A stretch of 64,000 nucleotides of DNA from Escherichia coli (GCF_003334385.1 NZ_QOWN01000001.1); one strand, 5' to 3'; shown: positions 48,687 to 60,413, numbered from the stretch's first letter. Translations and numbers: made by a program. The notes: generated by a model from the letters alone, not told the origin.

Positions 48687-49705
48687 TGAACCAACGTAAT
48701 GCTTCAATGACTGTGATCGGTGCCGGCTCGTACGGCACCGCTCTTGCCATCACCCTGGCAAGAAATGGCCACGAGGTTGTCCTCTGGGGCCATGACCCTG
48801 AACATATCGCAACGCTTGAACGCGACCGCTGTAACGCCGCGTTTCTCCCCGATGTGCCTTTTCCCGATACGCTCCATCTTGAAAGCGATCTCGCCACTGC
48901 GCTGGCAGCCAGCCGTAATATTCTCGTCGTCGTACCCAGCCATGTCTTTGGTGAAGTGCTGCGCCAGATTAAACCACTGATGCGTCCTGATGCGCGTCTG
49001 GTGTGGGCGACCAAAGGGCTGGAAGCGGAAACCGGACGTCTGTTACAGGACGTGGCGCGTGAGGCCTTAGGCGATCAAATTCCGCTGGCGGTTATCTCTG
49101 GCCCAACGTTTGCGAAAGAACTGGCGGCAGGTTTACCGACAGCTATTTCGCTGGCCTCGACCGATCAGACCTTTGCCGATGATCTCCAGCAGCTGCTGCA
49201 CTGCGGCAAAAGTTTCCGCGTTTACAGCAATCCGGATTTCATTGGCGTGCAGCTTGGCGGCGCGGTGAAAAACGTTATTGCCATTGGTGCGGGGATGTCC
49301 GACGGTATCGGTTTTGGTGCGAATGCGCGTACGGCGCTGATCACCCGTGGGCTGGCTGAAATGTCGCGTCTTGGTGCGGCGCTGGGTGCCGACCCTGCCA
49401 CCTTTATGGGCATGGCGGGGCTTGGCGATCTGGTGCTTACCTGTACCGACAACCAGTCGCGTAACCGCCGTTTTGGCATGATGCTCGGTCAGGGCATGGA
49501 TGTACAAAGCGCGCAGGAGAAGATTGGTCAGGTGGTGGAAGGCTACCGCAATACGAAAGAAGTCCGCGAACTGGCGCATCGCTTCGGCGTTGAAATGCCA
49601 ATAACCGAGGAAATTTATCAAGTATTATATTGCGGAAAAAACGCGCGCGAGGCAGCATTGACTTTACTAGGTCGTGCACGCAAGGACGAGCGCAGCAGCC
49701 ACTAA
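48686..49705 (+). CDS. gpsA: NAD(P)H-dependent glycerol-3-phosphate dehydrogenase
   Basis: 339-aa ORF; Rossmann motif [12 protein letters not shown]; start overlaps the secB stop (TGATG). Confidence 0.96.
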   Translation: MNQRNASMTVIGAGSYGTALAITLARNGHEVVLWGHDPEHIATLERDRCNAAFLPDVPFPDTLHLESDLATALAASRNILVVVPSHVFGEVLRQIKPLMRPDARLVWATKGLEAETGRLLQDVAREALGDQIPLAVISGPTFAKELAAGLPTAISLASTDQTFADDLQQLLHCGKSFRVYSNPDFIGVQLGGAVKNVIAIGAGMSDGIGFGANARTALITRGLAEMSRLGAALGADPATFMGMAGLGDLVLTCTDNQSRNRRFGMMLGQGMDVQSAQEKIGQVVEGYRNTKEVRELAHRFGVEMPITEEIYQVLYCGKNAREAALTLLGRARKDERSSH

Positions 49706-49784
49706 CCCCAGGGAACCTTTGTTACCGCTATGACCCGGCCCGCGCAGAACGGGCCGGTCATTATCTCATCGTGTGGAGTAAGCA

Positions 49785-50606
49785 ATGTCGTGTGAAGAAC
49801 TGGAAATTGTCTGGAACAATATTAAAGCCGAAGCCAGAACGCTGGCGGACTGTGAGCCAATGCTGGCCAGTTTTTACCACGCGACGCTACTCAAGCACGA
49901 AAACCTTGGCAGTGCACTGAGCTACATGCTGGCGAACAAGCTGTCATCGCCAATTATGCCTGCTATTGCTATCCGTGAAGTGGTGGAAGAAGCCTACGCC
50001 GCTGACCCGGAAATGATCGCCTCTGCGGCCTGTGATATTCAGGCGGTGCGTACCCGCGACCCGGCAGTCGATAAATACTCAACCCCGTTGTTATACCTGA
50101 AGGGTTTTCATGCCTTGCAGGCCTATCGCATCGGTCACTGGTTGTGGAATCAGGGGCGTCGCGCACTGGCAATCTTTCTGCAAAACCAGGTTTCTGTGAC
50201 GTTCCAGGTCGATATTCACCCGGCAGCAAAAATTGGTCGCGGTATCATGCTTGACCACGCGACAGGCATCGTCGTTGGTGAAACGGCGGTGATTGAAAAC
50301 GACGTATCGATTCTGCAATCTGTGACGCTTGGCGGTACGGGTAAATCTGGTGGTGACCGTCACCCGAAAATTCGTGAAGGTGTGATGATTGGCGCGGGCG
50401 CGAAAATCCTCGGCAATATTGAAGTTGGGCGCGGCGCGAAGATTGGCGCAGGTTCCGTGGTGCTGCAACCGGTGCCGCCGCATACCACCGCCGCTGGCGT
50501 TCCGGCTCGTATTGTCGGTAAACCAGACAGCGATAAGCCATCAATGGATATGGACCAGCATTTCAACGGTATTAACCATACATTTGAGTATGGGGATGGG
50601 ATCTAA
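49785..50606 (+). CDS. cysE: serine O-acetyltransferase
   Basis: 273-aa ORF MSCEELEIVWNNIKAEARTLADCEPMLASFYH...; hexapeptide repeats. Confidence 0.96.
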   Translation: MSCEELEIVWNNIKAEARTLADCEPMLASFYHATLLKHENLGSALSYMLANKLSSPIMPAIAIREVVEEAYAADPEMIASAACDIQAVRTRDPAVDKYSTPLLYLKGFHALQAYRIGHWLWNQGRRALAIFLQNQVSVTFQVDIHPAAKIGRGIMLDHATGIVVGETAVIENDVSILQSVTLGGTGKSGGDRHPKIREGVMIGAGAKILGNIEVGRGAKIGAGSVVLQPVPPHTTAAGVPARIVGKPDSDKPSMDMDQHFNGINHTFEYGDGI

Positions 50607-50620
50607 TGTCCTGTGATCGT

Positions 50621-50653
50621 GCCGGATGCGATGTAATCATCTATCCGGCCTAC
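50621..50653. repeat. REP element between convergent cysE and trmL
   Basis: GCCGGATGCGATGTAATCATCTATCCGGCCTAC. Confidence 0.75.
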
Positions 50654-50658
50654 AGTAA

Positions 50659-51132
50659 CTAATCTCTCAATACCGCTCCCGGATACCCCAACTGCCGCCA
50701 GGCTTCATACACCACTACCGACACCGCATTGGACAGATTCATGCTGCGGCTGTCCGGCACCATCGGAATGCGAATTTTTTGTTCAGCGGGCAGGGCATCA
50801 AGAATGCTCGCTGGCAGGCCGCGTGTTTCCGGGCCGAACATCAGATAATCGCCATCCTGATAGCTTACGGCGCTGTGAGCAGGTGTACCTTTCGTGGTGA
50901 GGGCGAACAGGCGCTGGGGATTTTCTGCTTCGAGGAACGCGCGATAGTCATGATGACGCGTAACGGCGGTAAACTCGTGATAGTCCAGCCCCGCGCGGCG
51001 CAGGCGCTTATCGTCCCAGGCAAATCCCATCGGTTCGATGATATGCAGACGAAAGCCGGTATTAGCGCAAAGACGGATGATGTTGCCAGTATTTGGCGGA
51101 ATTTCTGGTTCGTAAAGTACGATGTTTAGCAT
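50659..51132 (-). CDS. trmL: tRNA (cytidine/uridine-2'-O)-methyltransferase TrmL
   Basis: 157-aa [40 protein letters not shown] (SpoU-TrmD fold). Confidence 0.95.
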   Translation of the reverse strand: MLNIVLYEPEIPPNTGNIIRLCANTGFRLHIIEPMGFAWDDKRLRRAGLDYHEFTAVTRHHDYRAFLEAENPQRLFALTTKGTPAHSAVSYQDGDYLMFGPETRGLPASILDALPAEQKIRIPMVPDSRSMNLSNAVSVVVYEAWRQLGYPGAVLRD

Positions 51133-51190
51133 ACTGCCCCCTTAGTGCGGGGGCAGGATAGCAGAAAATTGGTGAGCAGTGCGGCCTTTT

Positions 51191-51320
51191 CCCCTCACCC
51201 CGGCCCTCTCCCCGGAGGGGCGAGGGAGAAAAAAAGAGTGCGGTGTCGTTTCAGAGTGAGGGAGTACATACAGCGCCGAACGGTCCCCTCTCCCTGAGGG
51301 AGAGGGTTAGGGTGAGGGGG
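51191..51320. repeat. two inverted copies of a G/C-rich palindromic unit (boxC-like)
   Basis: 51191-51228 CCCCTCACCCC-GG-CCCTCTCCCC-GGA-GGGGCGAGGGAG. 51285-51320 CCCCTCTCCC-TGA-GGGAGAGGG-TTA-GGGTGAGGGGG is its reverse-complement relative. Confidence 0.7.
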
Positions 51321-51329
51321 CGCAAACGA

Positions 51330-52520
51330 CTATGCCGCATTCCCTTTCGCCATGGGAGCCAGTGCCGCAGGCAACTCTTTACCCAGCCCCTGCACCAGCG
51401 AATCTTGCGTAATTTCGCTGATCGATTTCGCGCCAGTCAGCGTCATCGCCACTTTCATCTCTTTTTCGATCAGATTTAGCAGGTTAGCTACACCCGCCTG
51501 GCCCGCTGTTGCCAGCGCATACAAGAAAGCACGACCCAGCAGTACGGTGTCGGCACCGAGCGCAATCATACGCACGACATCAAGCCCGTTACGAATTCCG
51601 CTATCCGCCAGAATGGCTATATCACCTTTCACCGCATCTGCAATAGCAGGCAGTGCACGGGCGGAAGAGAGTACACCGTCCAGCTGGCGGCCACCGTGGT
51701 TAGAAACCACAATTCCATCAGCACCAAAACGTACTGCATCGCGCGCATCTTCCGGATCGAGGATCCCTTTGATCACCATCGGGCCATCCCAGAAATCGCG
51801 GATCCATTCAAGGTCTTTCCATGAGATGGACGGATCGAAGTTATTCCCCAGCCAGCCGATGTAATCTTCCAGTCCGGTCGGTTTGCCGAGATAAGCTGAG
51901 ATATTACCTAAATCATGTGGACGACCGTTCAGGCCCACATCCCACGCCCATTGCGGATGTGTCACCGCTTGCAAGTAGCGGCGCATTGCCGCGTTCGGGC
52001 CGCTCATACCTGAATGCGCATCACGGTAGCGTGCGCCCGGTGTCGGCATATCCACGGTGAAAACCAGCGTCGAACAACCCGCTGCTTTTGCTCGCTCCAG
52101 CGCGTTACGCATAAAGCCGCGATCGCGCAGTACATAAAGCTGGAACCACATTGGGCGCTTGATGGCTGGCGCGACTTCTTCAATCGGGCAAACGGAAACC
52201 GTCGAGAGAGTAAACGGAATACCATGCGCGTCCGCCGCTTTGGCTGCCTGAACTTCGCCACGACGCGCATACATGCCACACAAACCCACCGGAGCCAGTG
52301 CCACCGGCATCGACAATTTCTCATTAAACAGCGTCGTTTCCAGGCTTAAGTCGGACATGTTTTTCAGAATACGCTGGCGCAGCGCCACTTCTGACAAATC
52401 TTCCACGTTGCGGCGCAGCGTGTATTCAGAATATGCACCACCATCCATATAGTGGAACAGGAACGGCGGCAGAATGCGTTGCGCTGCGGCGCGATAATCG
52501 CTGGCTGCGGAAATAATCAT
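51330..52520 (-). CDS. lldD: L-lactate dehydrogenase (FMN-dependent)
   Basis: 396-aa [41 protein letters not shown]... Confidence 0.96.
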
Positions 52521-53293
52521 GCGTTTTTCTCCCTCGAATGCTCATTATGCTCACCGGGCAGGCGGGTAATCCGTGCGTGGCGAGCCTGATCTTCATCGAA
52601 TCGTTTCATGGTGGTGTGAACAAAACTAAGGTGCGCCATCATTGCTTTACGCGCCCCGTCAGCATCACCGGCAAAAATGGCGTCAATGACAGCCTGATGT
52701 TGTTCGGTCAGTTGTGAAAAAACCGGTGGCACCAGATACATCCGCTGACGGCTATGCTTCACTGAGGATTGCAGGACATCGAAGAAACCGCGCATGGTTT
52801 GCAGCAGCACGATGTTATGTGAGGCTTCGGCAATCGCCAGATGAAAACGAACGTCCGCTTGTGAGGCGATATCCGGGTCTTCACTTAGCGTTGCTTCAAA
52901 GCAAAGCTGAATCTTTTCTTTGTCGCCAGGTGTGGCGCGCATTGCCGCATGCCATGCGGTGCTGGCTTCAATGGCGTAGCGGGCTTCCAGAATATCGAAA
53001 CTGTAATCCGGATCATCGGCCATCAGTGTTTTTAGCGGCTGGACGATGTTTTGCTCCGACCATGTGTCATGACGCCAGCGAATAAACGTCCCGCCGCCGC
53101 GTCGACTGAGCAGCACGCCTTCACTCACCAGTTTTGCCAGCGCCTCGCGCAGTGAATTACGTGATACGCCGAGTTGCATCGCCAGTTGGCGCTCAGCGGG
53201 CAACTTCATGCCCGCTTCCAGGTTTTTTTCATCAATCAGCGCCCGCACACGATCGGCAACCTCGTCTGACAGGCGTCTGGGTAAAACAATCAT
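52517..53293 (-). CDS. lldR: GntR/FadR-family regulator of the lld operon
   Basis: 263-aa ORF; Met at 53293 gives 258 aa [52 protein letters not shown] (wHTH). Confidence 0.94.
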
Positions 53294-54948
53294 TAAGGAA
53301 TCATCCACGTTAAGACATAAGCCTGAAGCGTGGTGATCACGCCCACTATACAGGTGAAGATCAGGCTGTGTTTGACAGTAAAGCGGAACAAATCAGACTC
53401 TTTGCCCACCAGGCCTACCGCCGCACAGGCGATAGCGATAGATTGCGGGGAGATCATCTTACCGGTGACGCCACCGGTGGTATTGGCGGCAACCAGCAAC
53501 AGATCAGAGACGCCAATTTGTTGTGCTGCGGTGGCTTGCAGCGCGGCGAACAGGGCGTTAGATGAGGTATCCGACCCGGTCAGGAATACCCCCAGCCAGC
53601 CGAGGAACGGCGAGAAGAAGGTGAATGCATGACCGGTGTGCGCCAGTGCCAGCGCCAGTGTTGATGACAGTCCGGAATAGTTCGAAATAAAGGCGAATGC
53701 CAGCACCATACCGATGGAGTAGATGGGCAGAGCCAGTTCTTTCAGCGTGCTGCCGAAGGTGCTGATAGCGTCAGACGGTTTCATCTTCAGCCAGACAATC
53801 GAGAGCAGTGCAGCAAACAGAATGGCGGTGCCGGTGGCAGAGAACCAGTCAAACTTAAACACGGCGGCATAGGCTGTAGCCTCGCTGACCACTGGCGGCA
53901 TACGGGCAACCAGTTTATCGAGGTACGGCACCGGAATATTGATCACCCACTCATACAGCGCGCCACCCGATGCGAACAGGGCTTTAAACGGCGGGATACT
54001 CCACAGTGTTACGGTAGCTGTCAGGAACAGGAACGGTGTCCAGGCACGTAACACCTGACCCGCAGTGTAACTGGTGTGGGCCAGCGTCATATCAACCTGT
54101 GACGCCCCCAAATCACCAAAACGGAATACACGCACTGGCTGCCAGCGTTTGAGGAACAGCGTCAGGCAGAGCAGTGATACCAGCGAAGAGATAATGTCCG
54201 GCAGCTCCGGCCCAATGAAGTTAGAGCTAAGGTACTGAGCGATGGCAAACGAGCCGCCCGCAACCACGACCGCAGGCCACGTCTCTTTGATACCGCGCCA
54301 GCCGTCCATAATCGCCATGATCCAGAACAGCACGATAATGGTCATAAACGGTAGCTGCCGCCCCACCATCTGACCAATCTCAAAGCTGTCGATACCTGTT
54401 ACCTGTCCGGCAACCAGGATTGGAATGCCCATCGCACCAAATGCCACTGGCGCGGTGTTAACAATCAGGCACAGCCCGGCGGCGTACAGCGGTTTAAAAC
54501 CCAGGCCGACCAGCAATGCGGCGGTAATTGCTACCGGTGCGCCAAAGCCTGCGGCTCCTTCAAGGAACGCGCCGAAACAGAAACCGACGATCAGCATTTG
54601 CAGACGCTGGTCAGGGGTTATCGAAAGAATAGACGAGCGAATGATGTCAAACTGCCCGGTTTTCACCGAGATCTTATAGACGAACACCGCTGCAATAATG
54701 ATCCACGCGATGGGCCACAACCCGTAGAAGAAACCATAAACCACCGAGGCCAGCGCGTTAGCGACCGGCATTTTATAGAACAGCAAAGCCACGGCAAGGG
54801 CGATTGCCACCGTCCACGAGGCGGCGACGTATCCTTTCAGTTTGAGCTTAATCAGCGCAAAGAAGAAAAACAGGATGGGAAGCGATGCTATCAGACTGGA
54901 AAGCCAGATATTCCCGGCGGGATCGTAGTTTTGTTGCCAGAGATTCAT
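53293..54948 (-). CDS. lldP: L-lactate permease
   Basis: 560-aa ORF; Met at 54948 gives 551 aa [32 protein letters not shown]... Confidence 0.95.
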   Translation of the reverse strand: MNLWQQNYDPAGNIWLSSLIASLPILFFFFALIKLKLKGYVAASWTVAIALAVALLFYKMPVANALASVVYGFFYGLWPIAWIIIAAVFVYKISVKTGQFDIIRSSILSITPDQRLQMLIVGFCFGAFLEGAAGFGAPVAITAALLVGLGFKPLYAAGLCLIVNTAPVAFGAMGIPILVAGQVTGIDSFEIGQMVGRQLPFMTIIVLFWIMAIMDGWRGIKETWPAVVVAGGSFAIAQYLSSNFIGPELPDIISSLVSLLCLTLFLKRWQPVRVFRFGDLGASQVDMTLAHTSYTAGQVLRAWTPFLFLTATVTLWSIPPFKALFASGGALYEWVINIPVPYLDKLVARMPPVVSEATAYAAVFKFDWFSATGTAILFAALLSIVWLKMKPSDAISTFGSTLKELALPIYSIGMVLAFAFISNYSGLSSTLALALAHTGHAFTFFSPFLGWLGVFLTGSDTSSNALFAALQATAAQQIGVSDLLLVAANTTGGVTGKMISPQSIAIACAAVGLVGKESDLFRFTVKHSLIFTCIVGVITTLQAYVLTWMIP

Positions 54949-55020
54949 TGCAGGTCTCCTGGAGTCCACGCACATCGTGTAATGAGTCTGTTGCTCATCT
55001 CCTTGTCACACGTTGTGTAA

Positions 55021-55037
55021 AAGTGGCACTGCCAATT
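55021..55037 (-). promoter_or_regulatory. LldR operator-like palindrome (proximal)
   Basis: AAGTGGCACTGCCAATT, 5/6 + 6/6 match to the AATTGG-N5-CCAATT arms. Confidence 0.6.
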
Positions 55038-55146
55038 GTGTTGTGTAGGGATAATGACAATGAATGGTTAACTAAATGTTATGTATTGGCAACATTGATG
55101 TGAGTTTTAATTGGGAAATTGTGAACCAGAGGTCAGATAAGCGAAG

Positions 55147-55163
55147 AATTGGTAGGGCCAATT
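55147..55163 (-). promoter_or_regulatory. LldR operator-like palindrome (distal)
   Basis: AATTGGTAGGGCCAATT, perfect AATTGG-N5-CCAATT arms, 126 bp from the proximal site. Confidence 0.7.
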
Positions 55164-55185
55164 CTTGTGGGGGGAGATGTCTGGT

Positions 55186-55221
55186 AAAGAAAAGGGCAAT
55201 CCTCATCAGAGAATTGCCCTT
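55186..55221 (-). terminator. intrinsic terminator downstream of yibL
   Basis: AAGGGCAAT-N12-ATTGCCCTT; on the minus strand it is followed by TTTTCTTTACC. Confidence 0.55.
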
Positions 55222-55249
55222 AGGTTGTTGATCCAGAGCGCCTTATCTT

Positions 55250-55283
55250 GCCGGATGCGGCGTGAACACCTTACTCGGCCTAT
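55250..55283. repeat. REP element
   Basis: GCCGGATGCGGCGTGAACACCTTACTCGGCCTAT. Confidence 0.75.
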
Positions 55284-55319
55284 AGGAATGTGCAGAATCA
55301 CCCTGTAGATACTGTGTTC

Positions 55320-55682
55320 TTAAAACGCGGTCTTTGAAAACCCAGTCATCTCCTGCAGGCCCATTTCGCGGCCCAGTGCGGTCATTGGGTGCACAACGAC
55401 CAGTCCGCGAACACTTTTCTTCAGCTTGCCCATATCAGCCTGCTCTTTTTTGGTAATTGCGCGCTGGAATGGCATCTTCATCAGCTTCTGTGCTTCTTTA
55501 CTCAGTTTTTGGCTATGAACTTCACGCAGGCGAGCAATTTCTGCTTCCAGCGTGGCTTTCTCTTTTTCCAGCTCGGCATATTTGTCTGCGGCTTCAACCA
55601 GCGAAAGATCGGCCTGCTGGTGGCGGATGGCGTCCAGGCGATCGCTGAGACGTTTGATTTCGTTTTTTTCGACTTCTTTCAT
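55320..55682 (-). CDS. yibL: ribosome-associated DUF2810 protein
   Basis: 120-aa [44 protein letters not shown]... recognised as YibL. Confidence 0.9.
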
Positions 55683-55966
55683 GTGATGGCTTCTGATAAA
55701 GATAAATTTATAGCCCCTAGTATGCGCGACCAGGTGCTTTGTTCACAACTAATGACATTGTAATAGTTCTGTAACGTAATCATTAACATGCTCAAAAACT
55801 ACGCAATTCGTTGATTAATTAAGAAATCTATAGAAAAAAGATAATAAACAGCAGCGGATGATTATTGAGGATTCAGCACGTTTTCCTTAATGTCATCTTT
55901 ACCGGGAACCTAAACTAAAATTGGCGGCCGCGCATTCCCGGCGCGGGGTAATACGGAGATATCATC

Positions 55967-56176
55967 ATGGGCAAATTAGGTGAAAACGTTCCGCTTCTTA
56001 TCGATAAAGCCGTAGATTTCATGGCATCAAGCCAGGCGTTCCGGGAGTATCTGAAAAAACTTCCTCCCCGTAACGCGATTCCGTCCGGAATACCCGATGA
56101 AAGCGTGCCGTTATATCTACAACGTCTGGAGTATTATCGTCGGCTTTATCGGCCGAAGCAGGTAGAGGGGCAGTAA
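55967..56176 (+). CDS. yibT: small protein YibT
   Basis: 69-aa [40 protein letters not shown]...; GGAG 8 nt upstream. Confidence 0.85.
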
Positions 56177-56196
56177 GCAGACGTTGCTTACTTTTG
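56172..56196 (+). terminator. intrinsic terminator of yibT, overlapping the mtlR 3' end
   Basis: AGTAAGCA-GACGT-TGCTTACT followed by TTT. Confidence 0.5.
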
Positions 56197-56775
56197 AAAG
56201 GCTTTTTTTAAGCTGATTTTGGAAATCAGCTCAGTCAGTGAAAGGACCATTGTTGATCGCACAGCCTGTTGATAGCGCTGAATTTGCATTGCATACAAAC
56301 TGGAGTCTGCTGGTTCAAACTGTGGCGGCGGTGGTAACGCCGCCACGCAGTGCAGTTCACCAAAGGGTCCAAGGATTTCGTCGTCGGTAAAGGCGTACTC
56401 GTTGCCGTCGTGATTTAGCTCTTCACGCAATGCCATCAGCAGTTCCGCATCTTCGTATTCCTGGCGGTTAATGACGCCCAACCCGTAAATGAGTTTTAAA
56501 CGCACAGAAAGATCGCCCAGCGGACCATCGCCGTCGAGTAACGGTTCTACAGCATACTTCACCGCGTAATCGTCTTTGCGGAATACCTGAAGCACCAGAA
56601 GATTTACCGCCTCGGTCAGGAGCTCGACGGCGGTGATCAGAAAGCTTCGCACGGTTTTGCCAGCATTCAGACGCTCAAGCACACGGTTTTCAAAGGCCTG
56701 GGTTTGTTCCATTGTTGCCTGCATATCTGACAATCTGTTATTCGGGCGCAGGGTGTCCTGCGCCTGGTCCACCAT
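56188..56775 (-). CDS. mtlR: mannitol operon repressor
   Basis: 195-aa [43 protein letters not shown]...; start overlaps the mtlD stop (TAATG). Confidence 0.94.
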   Translation of the reverse strand: MVDQAQDTLRPNNRLSDMQATMEQTQAFENRVLERLNAGKTVRSFLITAVELLTEAVNLLVLQVFRKDDYAVKYAVEPLLDGDGPLGDLSVRLKLIYGLGVINRQEYEDAELLMALREELNHDGNEYAFTDDEILGPFGELHCVAALPPPPQFEPADSSLYAMQIQRYQQAVRSTMVLSLTELISKISLKKAFQK

Positions 56776-57923
56776 TATTGCATTGCTTTATAAGCGGTTA
56801 CCGCCTCGGATACAACCTCGCTGTTGGCATCAAGACCGGAAATCTGTGCCAGCGCCGCCTGCGGACCTTTGTCAGCGATCAGTGCTGCCAGTTCCTGAGC
56901 CTGCGGATCATCTTCACTGCGGAAGTGCATTGCAGCGGCAATACCTTCAATCAGGTTTTTATGTGGCAGACCATATTCCAGCGTACCGAGCAGTGGCTTG
57001 ATCAGACGGTCGCCAGCACTCAGTTTACGCAGTGGCTGACGGCCTACGCGCTCTACATCATCTTTCAGATACGGGTTCTCAAAACGGCCGAGAATTTTCT
57101 GGATGTACGCCGCATGCTTGTCAGCGTCAAAGCCGTAGCGCTTGATCAATACTGCACCACTTTCTTCCATCGCACCTTTTACCACCGCGCGGATTTTCTC
57201 GTCGAGAATCGCGTCACGAATGGTCTGATGACCGGCCAGTTTTCCGAGGTACGCGGTTATAGCATGACCCGTGTTCAGGGTGAAGAGTTTACGTTCGACA
57301 AATGCCATCAGGTTGTCGGTTAACTCCATGCCTGGGATGTTCGGCAGTGCGCCTTTGAACTGCGTTTTATCGACAATCCATTCGCTGAAGGTTTCTACCG
57401 TCACTTCCAGCGGATCGTTAGTTGCCGAAGCCGAAGGCGGTACGATGCGGTCAACGGCGGAATCGACAAAGCCAACGTGTTCTTCTACCCACGCTTTGGC
57501 GTCTTCCGGCAGGGCGTTCATCACATGGCCTTTCAGCTGCGTGGTACCGCGTACCATGTTTTCACAGGCGATGATGTTCAGCGGGGATTCATTACCTTGT
57601 TCTTTACGTTTCACCAGCCCTTTGGCGATTGCCGGAGCAATACGTTCCAGCACAACCGGGCCAACGGCGGTAGTGACTAAATCAACCTGAGCAATCAGAT
57701 CAACGACATCATCACCAATGCTGCTGACAGCATTGACGCCGGAAACGGTATCTACCTGCTCGGTTTCACCAACCACATGTACCTGATAGCTATGACGGGC
57801 ATTCAGGGCATCAAGTACCACCTGATTGACATCGGCAAACGTCAGTTGGATACCCGCGTCTGCCAGCAGTTTACCGATAAAGCCACGACCGATATTACCT
57901 GCGCCAAAATGTAATGCTTTCAT
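56775..57923 (-). CDS. mtlD: mannitol-1-phosphate 5-dehydrogenase
   Basis: 488-aa ORF; Met at 57923 gives 382 aa [20 protein letters not shown] (Rossmann). The upstream 106 codons run through REP repeats. Confidence 0.95.
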   Translation of the reverse strand: MKALHFGAGNIGRGFIGKLLADAGIQLTFADVNQVVLDALNARHSYQVHVVGETEQVDTVSGVNAVSSIGDDVVDLIAQVDLVTTAVGPVVLERIAPAIAKGLVKRKEQGNESPLNIIACENMVRGTTQLKGHVMNALPEDAKAWVEEHVGFVDSAVDRIVPPSASATNDPLEVTVETFSEWIVDKTQFKGALPNIPGMELTDNLMAFVERKLFTLNTGHAITAYLGKLAGHQTIRDAILDEKIRAVVKGAMEESGAVLIKRYGFDADKHAAYIQKILGRFENPYLKDDVERVGRQPLRKLSAGDRLIKPLLGTLEYGLPHKNLIEGIAAAMHFRSEDDPQAQELAALIADKGPQAALAQISGLDANSEVVSEAVTAYKAMQ

Positions 57924-57952
57924 AGTATTAACCTTCATCAATGTTTTTACCC

Positions 57953-58146
57953 GAGAGGGCTGGGGTGAGGCTTTTCCCTCACCCAAACCCTCTCCGTGAG
58001 GAGAGGGGCAGCGCCGGATGCGGCGTAAGCGCCTTATCCGGCCTACAAGAACGTGCAAATTCAACAAATTGTGATGCATCCTGTAGGCCTGATAAGCGTA
58101 GCGCATCAGGCAATTAACCCCACCTTCTCCATGTGGAGAGGGTGGG
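57953..58146. repeat. composite BIME-like mosaic: G/C-rich palindromic units flanking two inverted REPs
   Basis: GGGGTGAGG..CCTCACCC-AAA-CCCTCTCC-GTGA-GGAGAGGGG (57962-58008); REP GCCGGATGCGGCGTAAGCGCCTTATCCGGCCTAC (58013-58046); inverted REP GTAGGCCTGATAAGCGTAGCGCATCAGGC (58083-58111); CCCCACCTTCTCC-ATGT-GGAGAGGGTGGG (58118-58146). Confidence 0.8.
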
Positions 58147-58152
58147 ATTGGA

Positions 58153-60066
58153 TTACTTACGACCTGCCAGCAGTTCCAGCACTTCATCCACGCTGGTGGT
58201 GTGTGCCAGACGCTCGATGACGGACTCATCATCCAGTGCATTGGTCAGGCTGGTGATAACCTGAATGTGCTCGTTGTTACGGGCAGCAATACCAATCACC
58301 AGACGGGCAATGTCATCTTCTTCTTCACCGAAGCGCACGCCTTCCGGGTACTGGCAGAACACGACGCCCGTTTTCAGTACGCGATCTTTCGCTTCAACCG
58401 TACCGTGTGGCACCGCGATAGACTCACCCAGATAAGTCGGGGTCAGTTTTTCACGATCCAGCATCGCCTGAACGTATTCCGGCTCAACGTAACCGCCTTT
58501 CACCAGCTGCTCGCCAGCAAAACGAATCGCTTCTTCTTTGGTTGCCGCTTTGCGACCGAGGAAGATGTTCTCCGCGCCTAGCTTGAACAGGTTAGCACTG
58601 GAATCGTCAAAGCTGTCTTTCAGGCTGTCTTTTACTTTCTCTTCGTTTGCCGTGTGGCGTTGGGCAGCAACCAGACGTTCGGTCAGGCTGGTGTACAGGC
58701 CGCTGTCGAGGAAGTTGGTCAGCGAAATATGCTGTGCCTGCGGAACCTGGCGCATAGCGCGTTCGGTCAGGTCACGGTGAGTGATGACGAGGTCCACATC
58801 TGGCGGCAGGTTGTTGATCGCGCTGTTAGTAACAGAAATCTGCGACAGACCTGCATCCTGAATTTTCTTACGCAGAACGCCTGCGCCCATCGCACTGGAA
58901 CCCATACCGGCGTCACAGGCAACGATGATTTTACGTACGTGGCTCAGGTCGTTAGTCACATCGCCAGCAGACAGCGGAGATGCGCCTTTAGACTCAGCTT
59001 TCATGTCCTGCATACGACGAGTTGCTGCTTCAATATCATCTTCTTCTTTCACTTTGCTGGTTTTCAGCAAAATAGCAGAGACAACGAAGGAGACAGCCAT
59101 CGCCGCACACACACCCGCGATGTTAGCGAAGTAAGCACCTTTTGGTGTCATCGCCAGTACAGCAAGGATAGAACCCGGAGACGCCGGAGAAACCAGACCA
59201 CCGCCCAGGATAGTCAGCGTGAACACGCCAGTCATACCGCCGAGGATGACTGCGAGGATCAGACGCGGATTCATCAGCACATACGGGAAGTAGATTTCGT
59301 GGATACCCCCCAGGAAGTGGATGATTGCCGCACCGCCCGCAGACTGTTTAGCGCTACCACGACCAAAGAACATGTACGCCAGCAGCACGCCCATACCTGG
59401 ACCTGGGTTAGCTTCAATCAGGAAGAAGATTGATTTACCCAGTTCATGGGACTGCTGAATACCCAGCGGCGAGAAGATACCGTGGTTAATGGCGTTGTTG
59501 AGGAACAGGATTTTCGCCGGTTCAACAAAGATAGACGCCAGCGGCAGCATGTCATGGACAACCATGAAGTTAACGCCCGCAGCCAGCATTTTGGACAGGG
59601 CTTCAACAATCGGGCCAATGCCGAGGAATGCCAGAATAGCGAGGATCATCCCGATGATGCCTGCGGAGAAGTTATTCACCAGCATCTCAAAACCGGATTT
59701 GATCTTACCGTCTACCCAGCGGTCGAAGTGCTTAATGCACCAGCCGCCCAGCGGACCTGCAATCATAGAACCGAGGAACATCGGCATGTCTGCGCCGACG
59801 ATAACGCCCATGGTGGTGATGGCACCGACTACGCCGCCACGTTCGCCGCCTACCAGCTTACCACCGGTATAACCGATCAGCAGCGGCAGGAGATAAGTGA
59901 TCATCGGCCCGACCAGCTTCGCCAGCGTCTCGTTCGGTAACCACCCTGTTGGAATAAATAACGCGGTGATGATACCCCACGCGATAAACGCGCCGATATT
60001 TGGCATCACCATGTTGCTGAGGAAACGACCAAAGCTTTGCACTTTGATCTTAATATCGGATGACAT
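58153..60066 (-). CDS. mtlA: PTS mannitol-specific EIICBA component
   Basis: 637-aa [40 protein letters not shown]... Confidence 0.97.
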   Translation of the reverse strand: MSSDIKIKVQSFGRFLSNMVMPNIGAFIAWGIITALFIPTGWLPNETLAKLVGPMITYLLPLLIGYTGGKLVGGERGGVVGAITTMGVIVGADMPMFLGSMIAGPLGGWCIKHFDRWVDGKIKSGFEMLVNNFSAGIIGMILAILAFLGIGPIVEALSKMLAAGVNFMVVHDMLPLASIFVEPAKILFLNNAINHGIFSPLGIQQSHELGKSIFFLIEANPGPGMGVLLAYMFFGRGSAKQSAGGAAIIHFLGGIHEIYFPYVLMNPRLILAVILGGMTGVFTLTILGGGLVSPASPGSILAVLAMTPKGAYFANIAGVCAAMAVSFVVSAILLKTSKVKEEDDIEAATRRMQDMKAESKGASPLSAGDVTNDLSHVRKIIVACDAGMGSSAMGAGVLRKKIQDAGLSQISVTNSAINNLPPDVDLVITHRDLTERAMRQVPQAQHISLTNFLDSGLYTSLTERLVAAQRHTANEEKVKDSLKDSFDDSSANLFKLGAENIFLGRKAATKEEAIRFAGEQLVKGGYVEPEYVQAMLDREKLTPTYLGESIAVPHGTVEAKDRVLKTGVVFCQYPEGVRFGEEEDDIARLVIGIAARNNEHIQVITSLTNALDDESVIERLAHTTSVDEVLELLAGRK

Positions 60067-60209
60067 AAAAACACCCCTTCTTATGTTTGCTGTCGCGCAG
60101 GCTGGAAGCCCGAGGTTTTTTGTTAATGTGGCGGCAGAGGTAGCCGGACCTTGTAGATACTGCGAAATCTGGCACTGAATCGGTTAACTGTCCAGTCGAC
60201 GGCCTTTTG

Positions 60210-60225
60210 TGTGATATCAATCACA
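60210..60225. promoter_or_regulatory. CRP site in the mtlA regulatory region
   Basis: TGTGATATCAATCACA (TGTGA-N6-TCACA, both half-sites perfect). Confidence 0.8.
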
Positions 60226-60326
60226 TAAATATAGGGGGTAGAGAGGTAATTGACGTGACGTTCATCACAAAACGCTTGTGTAAAAAAGCAACAAGGCGGC
60301 GATTTTCGCTAAAAATGGCATTTAAA

Positions 60327-60342
60327 TGTGAGTAGTGTCACA
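60327..60342. promoter_or_regulatory. CRP site in the mtlA regulatory region
   Basis: TGTGAGTAGTGTCACA. Confidence 0.8.
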
Positions 60343-60370
60343 TTTTTGTTTTGATGGTTTGTTGAATCTT

Positions 60371-60386
60371 TGTGATCTGAATCACA
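60371..60386. promoter_or_regulatory. CRP site in the mtlA regulatory region
   Basis: TGTGATCTGAATCACA. Confidence 0.8.
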
Positions 60387-60413
60387 AGATATTTTCTTAC
60401 GGCGTTCACCTGA

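Noticed and set aside
51191-51320. Could the G/C-rich repeats here and at 57953-58146 be a CRISPR array or an RNA gene?
   Set aside because: Only two or three copies, inverted rather than direct, with irregular spacing and no cas genes. They fit the REP/BIME/boxC class of intergenic repeats.
57924-58241. 106-codon N-terminal extension of the mtlD ORF (488 aa in the track), overlapping the mtlA 3' end
   Set aside because: The extension is a read-through of REP and G/C-rich palindromes (SPHGEG-type repeats). The Rossmann motif [15 protein letters not shown] starts at the internal ATG 57923.
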